A DNA stretch of 63,999 nt, the filler included, from an uncultured bacterium (GTDB lineage: Bacteria; CAZSTA01): the NCBI GenBank assembly GCA_964609495.1. It is 6 parts of 6 records of this genome, joined end to end, with 100 filler letters (N's around TTAATTAATTAA, not from the genome) between each part and the next. Parts side by side here need not be neighbours in the genome. Positions count along the whole stretch, not along the records: positions 57,737 to 63,999 come from CAZSTA010000209.1; 5 more parts are not named here. One strand, given 5' to 3'. The position numbers and the translations under genes were made by a program. Positions within the stretch are counted from its first letter, which is position 1. The number at the start of each line of letters is the position of its first letter. The notes below the pieces were generated by a model. That model made no database searches and was not told where the DNA came from. It worked only from the letters and a program-made list of their open reading frames with translations. Positions 57,737 to 63,999 of this stretch are shown in pieces.

Positions 57737-60323
57737 TGGTATGTCCTCCTTGGGGGAAGCCACCACTCCAGTTCCAATACATCGGTTGCTCGGCTACTAT
57801 CGGGGCACTCGTTGTTATCTTGGCACAGAAGGCATCTTCCAAGCCGGGGAGGAGATGAGCCGCTATCGTCTTTCGAGCATAGGGATTGATAAATCCACTA
57901 TCTACTACCATTCCTCCACCCTCCTTGAAGAAGGTAGCGGTGTATTTTATGGAAGAAGCACTAGAGTTAGTCATCATCACATAAGTTTGCCAGCCACTCT
58001 TTCCATATCCCTGTCCAAAATACCAGTTATATGTTGTCAAACCAAAGGTCTCTGCGCACGCCTCATTCGAGTAGCCAGTATATGTCGTTTCCCAGTAGGC
58101 TCTGACTTTATAGCAGTAGGTACTTTCAGAGAGGAGACCGGAGTCGGTGTAGTTGGTAACATTAGCTCCTACTGTTATTAACAGGGAATAATCCATCTCT
58201 CCTGGCCCTTTCCTCCATATCTCGAAGCCAGTCTCTCCATCGGAGTTATCGGTCCACTCTAGATATATCTCGCTATCTGAGAGCGCTGTAGCCTTGAGAT
58301 TCGTCGGGGGATCAAAGTCGGCAGTATATTTTAGTATTACTCCTCTCCAGCCGACTGCCCAACCACTGAACTTATGGATGAAATGAACGCTATATAATTC
58401 GCCTTTATTCTCATAAGGAAACTCTTGATTGTTGGTCCAAGTATTTCCTCCGTCCTCAGTATATAAGATAACCTCTGCCCCAGGATTCACTCCGCTTGCT
58501 TCCTGTCCTCCCACAACCCAACCAATGTTATCATCAGCGAAGTAAACACCATATAAGGATTTGGTGGTGCCTACATAAGGGGAGTAATTTCCGTCAGGCT
58601 CATTCCAATTCTCTCCTCCATCTGTACTCTTTTTAATAACTGCTTGAGGGCTCGTGCTTACCACCCAGCCGGTAGTCAAACTGGAGAAATGGACTCCTCT
58701 TAGTTCTTTTGTGGTAGCGGGATATAGGATCCAGCCACCAGTATCATAAACGTATACTGATCCAGATTTTGCCACTGCCCACCCATGGTCTGCATCGGCA
58801 AAGTAACATCTAAATAGGTCGGGAACTCCAGCAGTTGTGGCACTCCAATTACTACCGTTGTAATGAACAATGACATTTTTGCCCACTGCCCAACCATCGT
58901 TAGCAGCTAGGAAGAAGACATCCCGGAGATCTTCAGTAGTGTTACTAGTTTGATTTGTCCATGAGGAACCGCCATCGTTAGTATAGATAATTATACCTCC
59001 ATGTCCTACTACCCAACCATTGTTCTCATCTAAGAAGAAGACTCCCTCTAAGGGTTTATTAGTTTTGCTATCTTGGATATCCCAGTTATCGCCTCCATCT
59101 GTGGTGTGCAAGATGATCCCATCAGCACCCACTGCCCAACCATTATCATTATCAATAAAATGAACATCCAGAAGATCGTTGGAGGGGTCCTTTTGAAATT
59201 GCCAATTAAACCCTCCATCAAGTGTCTTCAGAATTACACCATACCAGCCTACGGCAAAACCGACTGTGGAACTTATAAAGTATACTCCCTCTAAGTTATT
59301 ATAAGTTGTTAAACCGGTTAAAGAGGAGTTAAGGACTTTAGTCCAATTGACTCCCCCATTTGAAGTCCAAAGGACAGTTCCCTGATCTCCTACAACCCAT
59401 CCCTTATTTGAGTCATAGAAACTCACACTCCTCAGATGTTCAGTCACTCCACTGGTTTGCTCTACCCATGGAGGAGTTCCATTGTAGTGAATAATTTTTC
59501 CATTATTCCCAACTGCCCAGGCGAGATAGCCAGAAGCAGTATCAATATATTCGACATCTTGAAGTGTGGAAAGATAAGAGATGCCGTGGAAAACCTCAGC
59601 CCAACTCGAACCATCATAGCGATATACTTTCCCGCTCTCCCAAACTGCTAAGCCATTCCATTTGCTGGTAGGAGTATCATAATCCATAGATAAACCCTGC
59701 AATCTGAAGGAAGGTGTTAATTCTAAGCTCCAATCGGGTGGGGTATTACCACTATTAACAGCTCTTACAATTCGTCCCCCACCAGACCCCTCAGTTACGA
59801 ACCAACCAGTTGTGGTGCTATCGCAGAAAACATCGTTAATATTGTCGTCACTTGGAATAATAGAAATTGGAGGATTCTGTTCCTGCCAGTTACTTCCTCC
59901 ATTGTCAGTGCGCAAGACAGTCGCGGTGTTACCTACCGCCCATCCTGTATATCCATAAATAGGCTCTGTAGCAAAGCTAATTGCATTAAGAGTTTCTGTG
60001 ACACTGGGGAAGGATGTTGATGGTTGCCAGGTCGATCCTCCATTTGTTGTATTTAAAAGTATTCCTCCATCACCCAGAGCAAATCCTCGATTTGAGTCTA
60101 AGAAGAACACATCTCTGAAGTGGGTCTTCCACATATCAGTTCTTTGCTCTGTCCAGCTTCCTATTCCTAGAACTAGGTCAGCTTTGAAGATCAGTATTGA
60201 TGTAACTAGAAACATTATTATCAAGAGATTTATTTTTCTCGTATTATTCACCCTCCACCTCTGGATAGATCGGTTATCTTTTTTTGAACTTTCATTACAG
60301 TTTTTTATAATTCCTTTTCTCAC
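57737..60323 (-). CDS. Secreted YCF48/BNR-repeat beta-propeller protein with FN3 and a WYF.G C-terminal module, 3' truncated
   Basis: Many V.F.D...GW.VG..G.I..T.DGG..W repeats; PPTNL.A..W.DNS..E.GF...Y.Y.VRAY FN3. Confidence 0.88.
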
Positions 60324-60459
60324 CTATATCACCTCGATTATTATCGTAGAGTTATTGTTAAGGAGCTTATATTAACTACTATATATTATACCCGCCATTT
60401 GAGGTCTTTAGACCATTCAGCGCCACTTTATAGGGCAACCCTACGCTAAATAAGGCAAA

Positions 60460-61698
60460 TTATATGCCAATATTTAGGAGTATTATCTCCGAAGGACCGA
60501 TGTTCACAGTATCCAAGGTAGTGGCTTTTTCAGCTCCCTTTACTCCGATTATGACATGCGAGTAGCGGGGGAGTCCCAATACGTTCCTACTAACACCGAT
60601 ACTCAGTAGGACTTCAAGCGCCCTTGCGTTTAGCTTTCCTGAAGCCTCATCCTTTACAGCAGCTACAACTATCTTACCCTTCGGGAGGGCCTCTATAAAT
60701 TTAATCATCCTATAAACGTCATCGTAAGAAGCACAGGTATCGAATAATGCCACCTCCTCGATCTTTCCAGTATCAGCGTCGAGGGTCGCTAAGTTGTAGC
60801 CTCTTTGGTTGGGAGATACGTCCACTCCATTTATATATATATGGGCGAAGTTCCCCGAAGTAAAGCCAGCGCTCTGGACTATAATATTGGCTGGGGAGAT
60901 AACATCGGTCCTTCCTATTTTCCCATCGGTTATAATCTTAACTCCCGCGAGCTTCAAAAAAGTTACTATTTGTTCTAGGGAAAATTTCTCTATAGCCCCT
61001 CGGAAGTCGGAAGGAACGATATCCATCTTGATCATCGAATCATAGATTAGCTCGGTAGTCCTCTCATCGATCTTAGAAGGATCTATGTCTAGTTTGAAGG
61101 AGGAAAGTTCAAGCGATTCTTCAAATTGGACTAAGGTCTCATCTAGCATATTCTTCTTAGCGTAAACTTCCCCTAGAAAGAAGTGCGCTTGGACATCCTT
61201 TGGATTCTTCGCTATAGCTTCTCGATATACTCTTAGAGCCTCGTCCCAGGTCTTCTTCACCTCAATGGATATCACTGTCCCCACTAGCTTAAGCTCAGGA
61301 GTCTCGACAGGCATTGTTATTCCCATCTTGATTTCCTCTTTGGGCTCGACTAACTTTTTTATATAGAAATCTTTATTCTCCGGATGAGGAATCAATTTTA
61401 TTTCACCCGTGGAAGAGATTAGAGGTATCTCTGTTGGCTTAGAAGTAGCGGAAGGAAATTCCTTTTCTATAATAGTTGCTATCTCTGGTCGAACATTTTC
61501 TATAACCAGGGTCAATAAAAACTCATTTTTGACTAGGTTCTGGGGAGGAGGAACAGGGGGACCAGCTCCCAGAAGCGGAGATAATACGATCAGCTTGTAT
61601 AGAAATATCAGCAATAATAAAATGAAGAAAAGAAAGAATATATCTATTATACTTATTCTGCCAAACAATCTTCCCTTTTTATCTATAAATGGCATCAT
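60460..61698 (-). CDS. Membrane-anchored DUF4330-like / TPR / ILEI-domain protein
   Basis: IDKKGRLFG.ISIID N-terminus, TPR (NPKDVQAHFFLGEVY), C-terminal SAG...RG.N...FDT...V.DEAS...IG.KG. Confidence 0.75.
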   Translation of the reverse strand: MMPFIDKKGRLFGRISIIDIFFLFFILLLLIFLYKLIVLSPLLGAGPPVPPPQNLVKNEFLLTLVIENVRPEIATIIEKEFPSATSKPTEIPLISSTGEIKLIPHPENKDFYIKKLVEPKEEIKMGITMPVETPELKLVGTVISIEVKKTWDEALRVYREAIAKNPKDVQAHFFLGEVYAKKNMLDETLVQFEESLELSSFKLDIDPSKIDERTTELIYDSMIKMDIVPSDFRGAIEKFSLEQIVTFLKLAGVKIITDGKIGRTDVISPANIIVQSAGFTSGNFAHIYINGVDVSPNQRGYNLATLDADTGKIEEVALFDTCASYDDVYRMIKFIEALPKGKIVVAAVKDEASGKLNARALEVLLSIGVSRNVLGLPRYSHVIIGVKGAEKATTLDTVNIGPSEIILLNIGI

Positions 61699-61746
61699 TT
61701 ATTTACTCCTGAGTTTTGTTGCCAGCGAAAGTTTCCTTATTAAAGA

Positions 61747-62802
61747 TTAATGAGTTAGCAAGCTCTCTACTTCCGTCAATAGAGCTTCCACTAGATCTTC
61801 CTCTTTCACTTTTCTGATGACTTTCCCTTTCCTGAATAGCGCTCCTGAGCCTCTTCCTCCAGCGATCCCTACATCCGCCTCCTTAGCCTCTCCTGGGCCA
61901 TTTACTACGCAACCCATAATTGCGATCTTAATAGGCTTCTTGATATTAGCGAGTCTCATCTCCACCTGTTGAGCGATTTTGAATAGATCGATCTCACAAC
62001 GACCGCAGGTGGGACACGATATCAAGGTTGCTCCCCTCTCTCTAAGTCCTAAGGACTTCAGGATCTCGAAGCCTACTCTGACCTCCTCTACCGGATCCGC
62101 GGTCAAGGAGACTCGCAGAGTATCACCGATTCCAGCGAGAAGAAGAGAGCCGATTCCCACTGCGGACCTTATCGTTCCTGACCAGGAGGTTCCAGCCTCC
62201 GTGATCCCGATATGGAAGGGATAGTCAACTTGAGAGGCGAGCAGGCGATTAGCCTCGATAGTTAATCCTATATCCGAGGCCTTCAAAGCAACTATGATAT
62301 CGTGGAATCCCAACTCCTCCAGGATTTTGATCTCCCACAAAGCACTTTCCACCATTCCCTCCGCGGTTACTCCACGATGTTTCTCGATAAGTCTTTTATC
62401 TAAAGATCCTGCATTTACCCCTACTCTGATAGGTATTCCTATCTCCTTAGCGGCTAGAACTATCTCTGAGATCTTGCTCTTATCGGTGATATTCCCCGGA
62501 TTGAGGCGGAGTCCATCTACTCCCTCCTCAATAGCTTCGAGTGCCAGCTCGGGATTGAAATGAATATCCGCGATTAGGGGGATCTTGATTCTCCTTTTTA
62601 TCCCTCGCAGAGCCCTCGCGGCTTCCATATCAGGAACTGCTACTCTTATTATCTCACAACCTGCTTCCTCCAATCGCTTTATCTGTCCAACTGTGGCGGA
62701 AACATCTCTAGTATCCGTGCAAGTCATAGACTGCACTGATATGTCTGCATCTCCGCCTATTATCACATCGCCTATTCTAACCGATCTTGTTTTTCTTCGC
62801 AT
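61747..62802 (-). CDS. ispG: HMBPP synthase
   Basis: [47 protein letters not shown] overlap with ispE. Confidence 0.97.
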   Translation of the reverse strand: MRRKTRSVRIGDVIIGGDADISVQSMTCTDTRDVSATVGQIKRLEEAGCEIIRVAVPDMEAARALRGIKRRIKIPLIADIHFNPELALEAIEEGVDGLRLNPGNITDKSKISEIVLAAKEIGIPIRVGVNAGSLDKRLIEKHRGVTAEGMVESALWEIKILEELGFHDIIVALKASDIGLTIEANRLLASQVDYPFHIGITEAGTSWSGTIRSAVGIGSLLLAGIGDTLRVSLTADPVEEVRVGFEILKSLGLRERGATLISCPTCGRCEIDLFKIAQQVEMRLANIKKPIKIAIMGCVVNGPGEAKEADVGIAGGRGSGALFRKGKVIRKVKEEDLVEALLTEVESLLTH

Positions 62803-63677
62803 TATAAACATTCCTCTTTAGTTAAAGTTGGTACTACGAATACCTCTTCTACTCCTGGATAACTTCTCAGCTTAGCGGCTATAACCTCCGCTCTATCCTT
62901 GTTATAGGTTATGCCGAATACCGCCGAGCCACTTCCCGCCATTAAAGCCCCTTCTGCAGAAGCCAAGATCAACTGCTCCTTCAATTCACCTATGAGGGGA
63001 TAGTTGGGGATAACAGCTCCTTCTAAATCGTTACTCAGATTTGCCACTATGCTATCTATATCATTTCTAGATAGAGCTTCCTTCATCAAATCGACTTTCC
63101 TCTCGTTGGATCTTTCCTCCAACAGATCAGATGTTTCATATACCCAACGGGTCGAAAAGGCTAACTTGGGCTTCACGAGGACTAACCATAAAGGGGGATT
63201 GGGAGAGGGCAAAGGAGTTAATATCTCACCTATCCCCTGCGCTAAAGCGGTGCCTCCTAATATACAAAAGGGGATATCCGCTCCTATCGTCCTTCCTAAT
63301 CGGCAAAGTTCATCTTCACCGAAGCCCAATTGCCAAAGCGAGTTCAATCCTCTCAGAACAGCCGCTCCATCAGCGCTTCCTCCCGCCAATCCCGCCTCGG
63401 TGGGGATGTGCTTGTCGATATTTATCTTCACTCCTCTTGTTATTCCCGTGGCTTCGATTATTAACTCAGCGGCACGATAGGCTAAATTACCTCTATCGAG
63501 GGGGATGTTAGGGACATTACAAACTATCTCTATTCCTCTCTCTTTCTCCTCTAACGAGATCAGGTCGTAGAGATCGATAGCCTGAAAGATAGTTTCAAGA
63601 TCATGATAGCCATCGCTCCTCTTCCCGATGATGTCTAGCACAAGATTAACTTTAGCGTTCGCCTTTATCTCAACCAT
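62802..63677 (-). CDS. ispE: CDP-ME kinase
   Basis: [31 protein letters not shown]. Confidence 0.96.
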   Translation of the reverse strand: MVEIKANAKVNLVLDIIGKRSDGYHDLETIFQAIDLYDLISLEEKERGIEIVCNVPNIPLDRGNLAYRAAELIIEATGITRGVKINIDKHIPTEAGLAGGSADGAAVLRGLNSLWQLGFGEDELCRLGRTIGADIPFCILGGTALAQGIGEILTPLPSPNPPLWLVLVKPKLAFSTRWVYETSDLLEERSNERKVDLMKEALSRNDIDSIVANLSNDLEGAVIPNYPLIGELKEQLILASAEGALMAGSGSAVFGITYNKDRAEVIAAKLRSYPGVEEVFVVPTLTKEECL

Positions 63678-63711
63678 ATCTTGTTAATATCTAACTGAGA
63701 TAATTCCTCCT

Positions 63712-63945
63712 CTAATTTTCCCAACTTTCTCTCTCCTGTCTGACATATTCTTGGGCTTCTATTCCTTCCCAAAGCTCAGATCCTACTCCTGCTAAATCCA
63801 TAAGCTTGTGTCTCCGTGTTCTCTCTAGAGCTTGATGACTTATATCCTCCGAAATTAAGCTGATTAGCTTAAGTTGATCAGCAACGGATAATTTTTTAGC
63901 CGCCTTTAGAACATACTCAAGAGTAACGACCTCTTTACTTTGCAT
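63712..63945 (-). CDS. Small hypothetical protein, putative type II antitoxin
   Basis: SD GGAG/AGGA; L..L.G.G.E.W.G..AQEYV..ER..W pattern typical of small genes preceding PIN toxins. Confidence 0.6.
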   Translation of the reverse strand: MQSKEVVTLEYVLKAAKKLSVADQLKLISLISEDISHQALERTRRHKLMDLAGVGSELWEGIEAQEYVRQERESWEN

Positions 63946-63999
63946 ATTTAATCCTTCTCCTTTCTTTATAACGTCTGACGTTATAAACTAGAATATTCC

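Overview
This window is not one locus. It holds six unrelated contigs joined by 100-nt N44-TTAATTAATTAA-N44 linkers. The four complete internal contigs decrease in length (11558, 11357, 11350, 11331 bp), so the assembly is size-sorted and adjacency across gaps means nothing. The source looks like an anaerobic, sugar-degrading bacterium, probably diderm given the MMPL/LolA-like pair. Contig 1: six tRNAs, a membrane protein behind a SigW-like promoter, an MCP, and a purD-E-C-S-Q-L-F operon led by a ykkC-family (PRPP-type) riboswitch that overlaps a truncated purine-aptamer-like element. Contig 2: DUF355, amidohydrolase, MCP, secreted beta-helix and CAP proteins, a three-gene tungsten AOR cluster and a DegT aminotransferase. 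Contig 3: GH78 and GH4 glycosidases, cysK-DUF39-Rrf2 sulfur amino acid genes, and MMPL plus LolA-like genes. Contig 4: histidine kinase, radical SAM/SPASM, DUF2723 glycosyltransferase, FNT channel, sugar ABC transporter, and two CARDB lipoprotein genes each followed by an attC-like site with no integrase in view. Contig 5: DUF2961, a 1477-aa divergent GH57-like protein, an ADP-ribosylglycohydrolase-family protein, a sugar ABC transporter and a radical SAM gene. Contig 6: YCF48/FN3 protein, DUF4330-TPR-ILEI protein, ispG, ispE and an orphan antitoxin-like ORF. Intergenic DNA carries several dispersed palindromic repeat families. The best leads are the attC cassette array and the degenerate purine/PRPP tandem riboswitch. 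All family calls come from motif recognition by eye; no searches were run.
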